A stretch of 64,000 nucleotides of DNA from Octopus bimaculoides. Lineage: Eukaryota. Below, in pieces: positions 13,411 through 26,960 of this stretch (its first letter is position 1; each line of letters starts with the position of its first letter). The DNA lies in the NCBI RefSeq assembly GCF_001194135.2, contig NC_068981.1, positions 47,510,632 to 47,574,631 on the forward strand, written 5' to 3'. The position numbers and the translations under genes are program-made. The notes under the pieces are model-generated. The model was not told the origin of the DNA. It saw nothing but the letters and a program-made list of their open reading frames with translations, and searched no databases.

Positions 13411-14419
13411 TTCCTTCACACTGCTTTGGCGGATTCATATCTAGTACATCATTCGGACATGCAAAATAGAGCGCAACACGAGAGAAATGCATTGTTCTAT
13501 AAGTATCATTGCAACCATCTAAAGTGACTATCCATGAAACTGGTTCCTGTCCGTAGAAAAAAGAGTGTTAACATATGTTTGCTACTACATGGCTGCATCC
13601 TTCACATAGATATGTATACCTAAAATTTGCATGGATTTTCCCTCTTGTAACGTGAATATTAAATATTTTAATTTGTTATTCTTAGTAGGATTATATTATC
13701 AATAAAATGGCGTGTCCGATATAATGGAATGCCATAATCTTTTTTTAAATAATATTTACAAAATGCATTTTCAAGGATTTTGTCATATGTAGTTGCCACA
13801 GTACGAGGTCAGTCTTTGAAGTATCACATGCATGTTATTTTATTGGTGCCTATAGTTATGTGTCTGCAGACTAATACAAATTTGTATTTTCATGAATTCT
13901 GATAATTGTATATAAATATTCATTTGTGGCATACGATAAAAGCTTTGAAATATAGAATAATTCTTTTTTTTTTCTCTGGAGTAGGCTTGAAATTCACTAT
14001 GACACCTAATGATTTCCTTTTGAATGTACATATTTTATTATGAAACATTATTTATTAAATTATTCTGAGTTACTCCAATAAATTAATTACGTTAGTACGT
14101 TTAAAACCTCCTTTACCTCACAAGTGATACACGATATGTTTGCACTAGTATAATCACTTATATTTGCTTAATTATGTATGTTGTGCAAGAGTTTTCTTCC
14201 TTCGAGTCATTATAATTCTGCTTAATCTAATGTCAAATAGCATAATTGATTTAAATATTTATTTCTCACTCCATGTTTTCGTAGGAAAGTTGTCAGTTGT
14301 TGACTTAATTATGTTCAGATGAAGTATGTTTATTTTTATATAAAAAAATGAAAAGGAATGTTAATAACAGCTACATTGGTATTGTTATTTGTGCTGCTGT
14401 TGCTGCTACCTACAGCATG

Positions 14420-14429
14420 CTACTACTAT

Positions 14430-14471
<42 letters not shown>

Positions 14472-14474
14472 AAC

Positions 14475-14508
<34 letters not shown>

Positions 14509-14540
14509 AAAAGTAATAATAATATTATTAGTAACAACAA
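14420..14540. repeat. Compound (CTA)n(TAA)n(CAA)n microsatellite
   Basis: Direct observation. Confidence 0.95.
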
Positions 14541-16023
14541 CAACAATAATGTTAATGGTGATGATTTTGACGATGATGTGTTGGTTCATTGCTCTAGGTT
14601 AAAACGTTCACTAGTTCCAAAAGTGCGCGTTGTTTTACTGTACACATGGCTCCGTAATAATATTTCATATTAGTTTTGTGTTAGCTCGAGACGCATAGTA
14701 AATCACTGGTCGATATTCATTAGTCCATGAGGAAATATTGTGAAAACACGGAGGTTTTTTTCGAATGTAAACGGTATTAATATTTGCAAGGTGTCTACGT
14801 TCTCGTTCTGCAGCTGGTGAGCAAGACAATGCGGTTGGACGTGTTTACAGAATAGAAGCATTTGTTGTCAGCTTCAACCGGGACAAGACATTTTAGTTTG
14901 AAATTAAGGATTATAAGGAAGACGCCTAGAGTCCACATTTTTTTTTTTTTTAATGACATGGTGATCTTCTAGCAGTTGGTAATCTCACTATCGGGTTGAT
15001 ATATCATGTAATCTATACAGTAGATAATTTATAAAGATGCAAATTCATGGAAACTTTTCTTTCCCCCTTCATAGAACGTCAGTTGTCTAGGAATCGTGAG
15101 AAAGAGAGAACGCTGTCAATGTTTACATACAGATTAATGGTCTTTTCCAGAGGCATAGTACTTTATGACAATCTCCTGAGTTAGCCAACATTTTGAGCAT
15201 TAGCTACCAACGATTTCAAAATTATTTTTCATATGTAGTTGGAGGTGCAGACGGTTACAGATTGATATTTTCTATAGGTAATCGTTCAAGTAGACTAACT
15301 TCCATTCATAAGCACACACACTCTGACCGTGGTTAAACATTTAAAGTGGATTCTCGTGAAATCACAGCTACAAACAGCTACAATTATTCAACTACATGTA
15401 GGCAGGTAACTATCCCTTCGACTTGAAATTAAGAAAAACAAAGAAAAATATGAATAAAGTCAAAATACTAAACTTTAAGAAACTTGTTGCAAAATTCTTG
15501 CTTTATCTAGTTGATAGTATTAAGGCATAGCGCTATTTCACTCTTTTTAGAAATCATAAGCATGATTTAAACTGTAACTTATTGATTGGACTCTAGGCGT
15601 CTTCCTTGTAATCCTTAGTTTCAAACTGAAATTTCTTGTCTCGGTTGAAGCTGACAACAGCTTCTATTCTGTAAACACATCAAACTGCCTTGTCTTGCTC
15701 ACCAGCTGCAAAACGGGAACGTAGATACCTTGCAAATATTAATACTGTTTTCATTTGAAAAATCATCCGCGTTGTCACAATATTTCCTCATGGACTAATG
15801 AATATCAACCAGTGATTTACTATTCTTCTCGAGTTAACGCAAAACTAATATGAAATATTATTACGGAGCCATCTGCAGAGTAAAACAACGCGCACTTTTG
15901 GAACTAGTGAACGTTATAACCTAGAGCAATGAACCAAACATCATCGTCAGTATTATCATCCCCATTAACATTATTGTTGTTGTTGTTATTAATATTATTA
16001 TGATTACTTTTGATATTATTATC
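14497..16023. repeat. Long inverted repeat: ~440-bp arms (14497-14935 and 15587-16023) around a ~650-bp spacer
   Basis: Left arm ...ttggttcattgctctaggttaaaacgttcactagttccaaaagtgcgcgttgttttact...aaggaagacgcctagagtcca is the reverse complement of tggactctaggcgtcttcctt...agtaaaacaacgcgcacttttggaactagtgaacgttataacctagagcaatgaacc. The match extends into the flanking microsatellite-like sequence; identity is roughly 85-90% by eye. Confidence 0.9.
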
Positions 16024-16344
16024 TTTATATTATTATTTATCTTTTATATTATTATCTCTCATATTAGAAAGAGAGACATTCATACAAAATTCAGATGAAA
16101 CTAATTACTGTCAAGAAAAATATTTTCTACATTTTTCCCTTACGGAACGTATTCTATATTTATGTTGTCACACAGTAATGCTAAACAGAAAAAAATTATT
16201 ATACTCAGTATGATTATGTTTTAGAGTACAGTTTCAACTGTTGTACACTGCTTCTTAGAGTAGAATGAGCTATGAGTGAATGGAGGTATTTAGGTAACGT
16301 CTGCTACAATTTTTCGTATTAATATATATATATAAATATATAAA

Positions 16345-16740
16345 GGTGGATGCGCAATGACCCAGTGGTTAGGGCAGCGGATTCGTGATCATAGGATCAC
16401 GGTTTCGATTCCCAGACCGGGCGTTGTGTGTGTTTATTGAGCGAAAACACCTAAAGCTCCACGAGGCTCCGGCAGGTGATGGTGGCGAACCCTGCTGTAC
16501 TCTTCCAACACAACATTCTCTCACTCTTACTTCCTGTTTCTGGTGTGCCTGTAAGCCAAAGGGTCAGCCTTGTCACACTGTGACACGCTGAATACCGTCG
16601 AGAACTACGTTAAGGGTACACGTGACTGTGGAGTGCTCAGTCACTTCCACGTTAATTTCACGAGCAGGCTGTTCCGTTGATCGGATCAACTGGAACCCTC
16701 AACGGCGTAAGCGACGCAGTGCCAACTATAACTACTATAT
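16345..16740 (+). mobile_element. tRNA-derived SINE family C
   Basis: Head ggatgcgcaatgacccagtggttagggcagcgga...ggtttcgattcccagaccggg (A and B boxes), a ~330-bp GC-richer body and a short ACT/AAT tail; single copy in the window. Confidence 0.65.
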
Positions 16741-16827
16741 ATANNNNNNNNNNNNNNNNNNNNNNNNNNNNNNNNNNNNNNNNNNNNNNNNNNNNNNNNN
16801 NNATATATATATATATATATAGATATA

Positions 16828-17689
16828 CGAGGTCCATTCCTAAAGTTTTGAAAATTTTTAGGAGAGAATTGATAAGTACCCTACATTACTATAATTTTAG
16901 TATATCTAGACTAACAAACTAACCTCCTAACATTTGTTATTTCAGATTTAGGGAAACGGCACTAACTGATCATTTAACACAACATACTAAACACTGTTTG
17001 TCACATGTGACTGACTTGCAGTGTGCTGTCTGCATATAAAGACTATTTGGACTTACAGTGGGACGCGCATCGCTACGCAATAAAGTTTTGTATTACACAG
17101 TACAAAATGTCTCAGAAACTTATGATATATATATATATTTCGTTATTAATTTGTGTGAGCCGAACATTTCTTTTACGTAGTCACATGACATGAGATTAAG
17201 CGAGAATCTTAGAAAGTACATGATACTCTTCAATTAAAAGAGAAATACCATAATCTACATCAACGGAGATCCCACTGGCTACACAGTCAAGAAAAAAGTA
17301 TTTCCTGAAGGGAATTGAAAAAAAGAGATTTCCTCCTAAAAAGCAAGAGCACCTGCGCTAGGACAATGCACGTGACCGTAATTCCATCATGGTAACAAAC
17401 TACTTGACACAGATAGTCATCAAAACTGTACTTCACCCTCCCGATGAAACCCAAACTGAAAGAGAACTGCAGGAGCGGGCTTTTGAACATGGAAGAGGCT
17501 GTGATGAGCGTCATGGACACCTTTACTTTGGGTGAATATCATGGAATTTTCACGAAACAGCTGGAGTGCTACAACAAGTGCATCGTAATTTGATGATCCT
17601 CCTTTAAATGAGACTAATGGTTTGTGCTTCTGTATGATTAATAAATGCCTTCCCTGATAATTTCACAAAACATCTTGAGACTCCTCTAC
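16828..17689 (+). mobile_element. Internally deleted mariner-like DNA transposon
   Basis: Starts ta|cgaggtccattc (mariner-like TIR). N-terminal RYAIKFC at ~17073; C-terminal DNAR..VTNYLTQ..KTVLHPP, PKLKE and EAVMSVMDTFTLGEYHGIFTKQLECYNKCI at 17360-17590, with stops and frameshifts. Confidence 0.75.
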
Positions 17690-18399
17690 AAAAGTTAGGG
17701 ACGGACATGCGTTGCAAGCGTTACGATTCCATTTGATAATTGTAGAATTCTCGTTGTCAAATAATCCTATAAGTGATCAACTTTGTAAGTGGTAGTGTAT
17801 TGCTTTATGTCGCTTTCAGACATTCTGTTTTCGATTATTTTCTCCTACCAATTTTTATGTCCTGCTTTAATTCCCTCCCTGTACAAACAGAACACCTACC
17901 GTTAATACGCGTAGTCCTACCGAGAGAACATGCAATTTTCCAAGCACTTGTAAACTCATTTTATTATGTAGGAAATACAATGAAGGCTGACTGGAAAATA
18001 TTATGTGATCAGAAATTGAGGTATAGGAAATGTTCAACATTGTTTCATACCAAATATTGGTTTCATTATTGAAGAACGATCTCGTGTTCATCGGTTTTAG
18101 TTTACCCTGCAGGTTTTTAGTTTCAAGAATGACCAATACAAAATAAAGCCAATTTTTTGTGTATATAGATGAGAATCTTACATTCAATATCTCCAGCAAC
18201 AGCTTCCATGCAGATGTCTGCTACTGGCTTGTGAAATTCATCATGGAAAAACATAGTACTTCACCTGGGATTATCCCATGATATGCTATGCCTAGTTAGT
18301 CTGACTTCATCCTATTTTGGTAATTACACTATTTTCTTTCCTTTGTATGATGTTCTACATTATTAATCATATTATGTATATTTGTAGTGAATTTTGTCT

Positions 18400-19140
18400 C
18401 CCTTTAAATAGATCATATACTCTCTGGAAACTATAAAATCACACATAAAATGACACCTGTAATATTAGAACTAATAAAACCTCTTAGGTTTGAATAACTG
18501 TAACATCCCTCACCAGGTTCATACATATTACCCACAATTCTCAAGCTAACATTATCTTTTCCCTACCTCCAATTTTAATCCCCTCTCTCTTTATATATAG
18601 GTTATTATTTTCTACAAATTCAGTGCTATCTTCGGCTGCACAAAACATAGAATTGTTTAACAAATAGAACTCATTAATGACCATTCTTCCTTATATAGAC
18701 TTAGACATAAAGCTAATAGTAAGTTTTTAGCTAGTAAGATATGGGAGATTAGAGAAAATTGGGGCGGATTTATCCTTAAATTGGGTATAATGAACCCGGA
18801 ACTCCTGCGCTTATATGAAGAGATAAACAAATTAGAAATTAATTACATCCCTTACGACCCAAAGATCCCACTACGCTCCATGCGGCTGTAACAAATGTTA
18901 TTCTATCCTTAGCCCCTTTCCTACAGTACTGACAACATGAATTTCTTCCATCTTATTACTCTGTTAATATATTTAAGAAACTTTATAGTAATGTGTCCTA
19001 CTTGTTAAAAAGTTCTCTATTTTGTGCAGCTGAAGATAGCAAATCATTGAAACTGCTGTAGTGATTGCATTCTTCAATTAAATGGAGCCCCTTGAAACAG
19101 TCGTAGGGCATTACTACTTGATATCTGTTGTTTATTTTGA
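18400..19140 (+). mobile_element. Penelope-like element 3' remnant (GIY-YIG endonuclease C-terminal region + terminal repeat)
   Basis: Degenerate translation YIG.., LINDHSSLYRLRHKANSKFLASKIWEIREN, PGT..CALYEE, CGCNK resembles the PLE motifs RxxxHxxSF..TxLSxxIWxLK..CxLCxxEK..CRHxNK. The 3' segment is shared with 58.9-59.1 kb. Confidence 0.5.
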
Positions 19141-20289
19141 TTTTATTCAACTTATTTTGAGCTGTGCAGATAATACCGGATTGATTTGCTGCTTCAGCTT
19201 CAGCAACTAATTCAACTGAGTCTTAATTATTTCTATATAAATATGTGTGCGTGTGTGTTCGTGTGTATACATACTCAAATAAATAGAAAGGAAGATAGAT
19301 AAATAGATTGATAGACAGGTAGATGAATTATTGCAGAATTTCCACTAAAAAGAGAAATTATATTGTTGGAGAAATAGCAGTTCACATTTTAAATTATTGC
19401 AACATTACATTTGAATTATTATCTCTTTTAATGTAATTTAACTTGGCAGCATTTTCTAATTATTGTACTTTATTAAATATTTATGAATGTTTGTCTTATT
19501 TTACCGTTTTATTCATTGAACAGATGTTCAGAATCATTTTGTGTTACATTATCTCTTGTATCAATCTTGGTTTACTCCTGTGGCATTATCATCAAAATGT
19601 ATTGACTTTGTAAGGTAATCTTCTGAATGTTTATGTGAGCATGTATGTAATTGTTTGTGCGTGTGTGTGCGAGTTTGTGTTGCGGGGGGGGGGGGCGTGT
19701 GTGCTATTGTGTGTGGGTGTGTGATTTGTTTAAAGCTAGATATAATATGTACTATGCGTTGTGCTCGGGGATCGCTTTCCGGAGGGGATCGTATTTATTA
19801 TATTTGCAGAAAGAGAAATAATGCTCTGTAGAATGTTCGAATATTCATTCAGGTAACTTTCTTCCTTGTCTCCAAAGAAGGATATTTAACTGAATATTCG
19901 AACTGAGTATCAGCATTTCTTTTTGAACATTTTATGTATACATACATACGTACATACATACATATATAACATAGATGCACCCACGCACTCACACACACAC
20001 ATACATATGATTTTATGTATGTATGTATGTATGTATTATATGGTGACTTGGAAAATGAAGCTCACAGTAAGACCTCCAGATGGAAACTGTCTAACACAAC
20101 AAAGTAAATACATTTAGGAAACAATTTAATATTACTCCGTAGCTTAAGGGCATAAGTTGTAATATTACTGTTGTGGATTATCTAATGATAATCATTAAAT
20201 AACAACAGAAGTGAGAGCTAAAATACCAGAAAATTCCCTATGATTAGCACCGTTTCATAATTCACTGTCTGTTACAGCCTTATATATAC

Positions 20290-20328
<39 letters not shown>

Positions 20329-21271
20329 CGGAGATATACTTGCATAGCAAGTGACTTGATCTGAGATCGTGTGCTGCAATGAAAACCATTACAGGGTGGA
20401 AGATGTTTATAAGCCATTTAAAATAACACACAAAGGCCGTTAGATTCACTTGAACATTTAAATTTAATTTGTCAACAAATTTCTACTAGCAAGTATCCTT
20501 TTGGAATTTGGGCTGCACACTTAAATTCGGAACGACATTCAGACGAGGCATGTCACCAGGAAGCTTATGACACATATGCATAATAAAGAATTGGGAAGGT
20601 TGTACTAAATCACACTAGGCTCTATATCCCTTAAGGAATCATAAGAGCTAAGATGTTGGAAATGTTTTGATGCGTAATTAAAAATGTCAGCGTAATCTAA
20701 AATATATTTAAAGATTATGGATACAATTGATCTATAACCGATAATTGTCGATACTGTAGGCTCACTGATATTGAAAGAAATATAGCAAGAAAATGTGTAA
20801 GTGGTAGATTAATAGAATACATTTGCGAAAATATTTATATCAGAGTCAAGGAATTTTCAACCCAATATATACAAGCTCTACGATTCAGCATTCACCTTCA
20901 GTGCTATGAGATCCCCGCTTTTGAAAGTGATTCATATCTGTCTTACACATTCATAAATAACAATTTCATTTCGTGAATTGCGAATATCAGTTAACTTCAT
21001 TTCATTTTCATAGACTTACACTAAGTCTGATTTACGGTTCCTTATGTGTACGTGCGTGAATGTGTCTGCAGGTGCTTGAGGTTGTGTGTTTGGTTTGTTT
21101 GTTTCATCTAACACACACTCACACACGCACACACGCACAGACACGCACACACGCGCTTGTGCACACCCGTGCATGCGCAAGCACACGCGTGCCCACATAC
21201 AGCCACATGCACACGCAAATGTCAGGCTTTGTCTACCAATCAAGGCTTAATTATTTTTGCATACATTCATA

Positions 21272-22015
21272 CAGGCTGTCACAAAAACATGTTTACATAA
21301 TTTAGCAGCTGATAACCCAATTGATTTTTTTTCTTTCCAGATTAAACACACTGGAATTAATGATGGCAGTCAGACTAAGCTTTCAACAAAGGAAATTCAT
21401 TCTAAAATGCGACAGGAAGTATGAAAAAGCAGTTGAAGCGCAAATGCAGTTTAGGAGGGAGTTCAAACAGATCCGCCAACACTACGTACCATCACTTTAA
21501 TTGGAAATAAGTTTGAAGCCGATAGAAATCTTCAGAATGTCCACAAGAAGCGTTCGGGAAGACCAGAGACATCGACAACGCCAACAAAAATAAGAAGGAT
21601 TGCTAGAAACGTACCACCAAAGTCCAAGAAAATCTATGTGGCTAGAGACTCGTGAGGTATGTATTACAAAATCGTCTGGCCAACGCATTTTGAAGCGGTG
21701 TCAATTGAAAAGTTCCGTTCCAGGATTAATCCATGCTATCAATGACAATGATCCAGACCGACGAGTGCACTTTTGCGAGTGGTACTTGGCATAATGTGTA
21801 GAGCATTCACTCTTTCCAACAAAGATTATATGGAGTGATGAGGCCACATCAAATTAAGTGGTTCAATTAACCTCCACAATTGCACCTACTAGGCGGGGTT
21901 GCCTGAGAATCCGCATGTTATGGTGGAAAACTTTATCAGGAGTTACAGTGTGGTGTAGATTATCCTCAAGAGGTTCATTGAACCATTCTTTTTTGACGCT
22001 ATTGTGACTAGTTAT
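21272..22015 (+). mobile_element. Tc1/mariner-superfamily transposon remnant (rosa/DD41D-like), 3'-truncated
   Basis: ta|caggctgtc 5' end. From 21360: MMAVRLSFQQRKFILKC..QFRREF..PPTLRTI..KFEA..KRSGRP..QSPRKS..DPDRRVHFCEWYLA..IIWSDEAT..KLSGSINLHNC..ENPH..VTVWC, with stops and frameshifts. Confidence 0.8.
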
Positions 22016-23734
22016 ACACAAGTTGTATGTTGTTGTTCATTTGCATATTTTGTTGACCAAAGAACCGGCTGATAATGTATCAAATAGAAGATATATCATT
22101 AGCAAAATTCCAAAATAAGGTGCTAGAACGATAATTGAAATGTTGAAATATATGTGTGTGATAAGAAATCCTTATAATAATAGTTAACCTGGGAAGCCTT
22201 AAGGAGATACATAACAATTCATGTCTTGGAAAATTTGAAAACACGTAGGAAATAGCACAACCATTATAATAAATTTTGCTTATCAAAAATGCAATATTAG
22301 AATTATCATTAATGTTGATGTTATTATTGCTGCTGTTGTTGTTGTGGCTGTTGTTGTTGTTTCAAAACTGACAGCATGTTGTACTTAATTATTTAAATAT
22401 TATCTACTTGGATTTTCTTAAACCATTTTCAACGTTTTGTCCATTAGTTCCTGAGAAACTTATTCAATATTCATTAAAATAATGGCGTCAATGAAGAATT
22501 ATTGCAGAAAACAAAAAGGACATTATTTTATACTAGTCCGCCCATATGTTAAATATCTATTATTTGCTCAAAACATATCAATTATTTAACGAGGAACATT
22601 AAAATAACAAGAGAGCTAAAAACAACACTTAGTATTATAAAAGTATTTCATCCTCTCAGCTTCATAAATATTTCCATATTGAGCGAAACCATTACTAAAA
22701 AAATATACTATTCATATATTTCATACTTTACATAGCATTAGTCATAAAAATATGTCGCTACATTCTTTTCTTTATCATCGCTACATCTACCACCACCATA
22801 ATCAATATCAACAACATCAGCATCGTCGTTGTCGTCATCATCATATCATCATCATCATCAGTACCAGCAGCATCACAAGCAGGCGAAACTTCTCTTTCTC
22901 CTTTTAATTTAAAGTGGAGAATATCTGATGAAAATGTTATAAAAAAGAAAGAAGAAAAAATCAATATAGCTGTCTACCTATGAGCAGCTGAACCCGCCGA
23001 CAGAAAAGTAAAAACAACAACAACTGCAGAGCAGCACATGTGGCCGCCGGGTAAGCAGAGAGAGGCTACAGAATACTGTGTACCATAGTAAGAGGACATC
23101 TGGAAATAAACAACTGGAGGAATGCAAGCATAAAAAAATAGAGATATCCCAGCGCCAAATAATACTACCGCAATAAACGCAAATATAAAACGGATACGGG
23201 TATGTTCATGAAAATAAGAGAAACAGAAACACATTGAAAGAAAGTCTTATGGAGAGGATTTTTACAATCCTTTGTAAATGCCAGTAACGACTACATAATC
23301 ACACTGAACTGGCTGTTGGAGCAATGAGCTCTAACAAGTTAAAATATCTTTCTCACTAACGTAAAGAATATGTAGATGAACGAGAGTCAGGCTATTCTTA
23401 CATCAGATAGATTATACGTAGAGTCTACCAATATAGCTCCGCTCTAAAATTTGTAATGTAGCTTCACAAGCTTAAATATCCTAGCGCTAGATCCACAATG
23501 AAAACGATTATTTTGATTATAATTTTAGGTTGTTAAATATAAATCTAAGAAAGCCAAATAAAACTGAATTCAGTTATACACTTTCTCGAGTATTATGAGG
23601 TCTACGCTCATATGGTTCGTCATCATCAGATCAGAACGGTGCCTGATGCAGAGGAAGGAGGCAAACGTTTGTGTATCCTACCCAATGAAAGGCAGATAAC
23701 ATACATTTGATAACTCAGCTTCAGCAATATTACT

Positions 23735-24098
23735 GGTGTTGCTGTGTGATAAGAAATTTACTTCCTAGTCAAATGGTGCTGAATCCAGTCCCAATGTGTC
23801 AAGTGTTTCCTACAATAGCCCCATGACGATTCAAGCCTCGAAAGTAGATTTCGTAGGCGGAAACTGAAAGAAGCCAGTCATATGTGTGCATGTTTGAGTG
23901 TGTCATTGTGACTGTGTTTGTTCCCCAGCAACACTCGATAATCGGAGTGTGTGTGTTCCTTGCCCGCTAGCTTAGTGTTTCAGCATATTGACCGGCATAA
24001 GTACGAAACTGGAGTCAAGGTACTTGACTTAAATACTTATTGTCGTTGGTCTAGCTTAGGCGCAGTGTTATGACTTGAACGAGACAAAGGTAAAAGAG
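23735..24098 (+). mobile_element. tRNA-derived SINE family D (old, diverged copy)
   Basis: gctgtgtgataag...gtaggcggaaactgaaagaagcc diagnostic segment shared with 42.35-42.73 kb and 63.5 kb. Confidence 0.65.
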
Positions 24099-26811
24099 AT
24101 ACATATCCAAATGTGGTTCCAGAGAAACCATATCATATCATCCGTATCGCATTTACATTTCGTGTCTGATAGAACTGCGACCTTGCAATTCAATGTGTCT
24201 GTGTATAATTTAATCCGGGCTGTTGTATCGTCGTTGTTGCTAACGTAGAATGGCCAGAAACTATACCAACCATATTAACGGACAAGTGCAGAAAATACTC
24301 AGGCGAGCCATCCTCGAAAATGGCTGATAGATATTCACGGAGTGGACAATTACAGGGAAGTTTTTGTTTTATCAGTACTTAGCATCATACATCAATATAA
24401 GATATGCATAGGTAGTCAGCAGATAAAATATATTACAAAAGACATTGCAGCCAATACTCTAGGAGCGTAGAGAATGCTCATCCCAATTTATTTAAGTAAA
24501 ATACAAATGAACTATTGCTTGCCTTATAGTCTACAACACAAAAAACATTTCTGAAGAGCTAAGATGAGAAATATCTTGCATCCTGAAGCAGAGGCAAGCA
24601 TCAAATCTGAGAGATATGTAGATTTGTTGGATGAGGGGTAAATAGATGAGATACTTGATTTCACATAACTCTTAATTGAAACATTTCGGAGTAGCTCTAG
24701 TTATTGATGAGGATATAATGAAAAAAACTTACACTGTCCTAATTGTATCCTGGGGAATGTAAGAATATTTCAAATATCTGTCATTTGGTTGTAATATTTA
24801 GAGCCATTAACTGTTATAAGCAAATTATGCATGGCACTGAGGTAGTTGATTAAATATTGAGTGCTATATTTAGGAACTTAATGTTCGGTGTTGACGAAGG
24901 TGGAACGTAATTGTATGTCGTCACGCTGGAACGGAAAATAATATCTGAAATGTTCCGTAGGTAGATACAGGTTTCACGTTTCCACAATTATAGTACTAGA
25001 AAAAAAATCAAATATGTGCTGATTGCCATAACTTTTTTGAAGAAAGAATAAAGTATTATTATTATTCAGTAGTTTTATTTTTATAACGTGCTTTCACTAC
25101 CGAGTGTAGCTCTGTGTGCCTCGTGTATGTGCTGTGGTTTGCTGTGATGCCGCCGCCGCCGCCGCCGCGGTCATCGTCATCTGTTTGTCTTTTGCTTTGT
25201 ATTTGTACAAGTTGGCTCCAAGTTTCACCGAGAGACCTCAACAGACAACAAATTAGAAATTCACGTTTGTGTTATGCCCAGGTTGTCATAGATTTCGTGT
25301 TGCATATAGTATTGACCTAGAGATCATATGAAAATAATTTACATAGGATGTGGGCAGTTCACATGAGCACAATTTTTTCAGTTTCTGCCGTTTTGGAACT
25401 CCCCAGTATCTGAGTTATATTTATATAATTATATATGTATATTTATATTATGTATTGCACGACTTAGCGTTGAATGAAATATATGCATTTACAAGGACAT
25501 TTATGACATTCATATTAGCATAGCATGAAGAGACGTTTCCTAGAGAAATCAGCGTTGTACTAACATTTCTTCTTAAACAGCCTCAGTGAAAAACTCATTA
25601 TAATATGAACAACCTCATTAAAATTGACATAGCCCTAAGTCTCTCTTTATCTCTTTAAACGTATCAACAATATTTATGTTGTATAGATTTTCTCTTTTAA
25701 ATATTATTTTAAACATCATTTATGTAATATTTTATACCGTCCCATTTCTCTAATGTTTGGTTTAATATATCAGGAACATCTCAGCATTAATCAACAAGAC
25801 AGATGTTTGTGTGGCATTTTGTGTCCGAAAGGTATTATTTTGGTTTTTGGTACCGTTGTAGTTGAAGTTAACCTGGCACAATGCTTAGCACGCCAGACCA
25901 CATGCTGCTGTGCATTTTTTTATCTGTATATTCTCAATTCAAATTCTGTTGACGTCAATATTCCCCTTCTTCGTTTTGGACTCGGAAAAACAATACAGTT
26001 TGAACATTGGGTTGCATATTATTGAGTATCTTGTCTACCTTTACAGTTCAGGCTTTGTACCTATGTAGAATGATTAATTATTGATATTATCGCTTGAAAC
26101 TCATAATGAAAATGTTTCTATGCTTTCATAATCCCACACAAAAAGGTAAAAATACACAATATGCACTATTTCTCCTCTTGTCTGATCCTCGGGATAGAGA
26201 GTTCCCAAACTTCATTAGGTTTGGGTATCTGACAGCTATAGAATTCATATGAGAATTAAGTCTTCATTTTGATGCATATGATTTGACAGTTTGTCACTAC
26301 TAATTAACAATATATATTTCAAGCAGAAGATATCAATAATTAGAGAAAATGCAATCATTTGAGAGAAGACAAATATAATGATTAGTAAGAATATAATCAC
26401 TCAGAAAATGAAAAGTCAAAATCGAAAATATGCAAATTATGCAGTACACTTACGAAAAATATTAAAACTTACGAGCGTATATTTAGAAACTTAATCTTCT
26501 ATGCTGAAGAAAAAGGATCTTAAAGAGGATCATCACGATGGGATGGAAAATAAATCGTAAAATTTTTGGCAGATTTGTCATTTCTACAAGTATAGTACAC
26601 AATAATCAAAGATGCCTGATACGCGTTATATTATTTTTTAAACAAAATATAAAGTATTTTTATTAGCATTGCTTTACATCTCAGAGCGCTTGGTTTGCCT
26701 GGTCAGGTAGGTATAGTGAGAGCAGAGAGGAGCCTTCTATCACAAGTTTAACATGAGCTGTTTCCGTACATTGTAAGGTTTCGTTCCTGGTTCTTAATTG
26801 TTAATTATCGT

Positions 26812-26865
26812 GGTAATCATCCGACAACCAAATGCTGCTGCTGCTGCTGCTGCTGCTGGTGATGG

Positions 26866-26897
<32 letters not shown>

Positions 26898-26960
26898 ATG
26901 ATGGTGGTGGTGGTGGTGGTGGTGGTTGCGGTAGTAGTAGTAGTAGTAGTAGATGATGAT
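26812..26960. repeat. Compound (GCT)n(GAT)n(GGT)n(TAG)n microsatellite
   Basis: Direct observation; it directly borders the satellite array. Confidence 0.95.

Noticed and set aside
13802-13850. Solo mariner-like TIR tacgaggtcagtc
   Set aside because: Too short, and no partner TIR or transposase remnant nearby.
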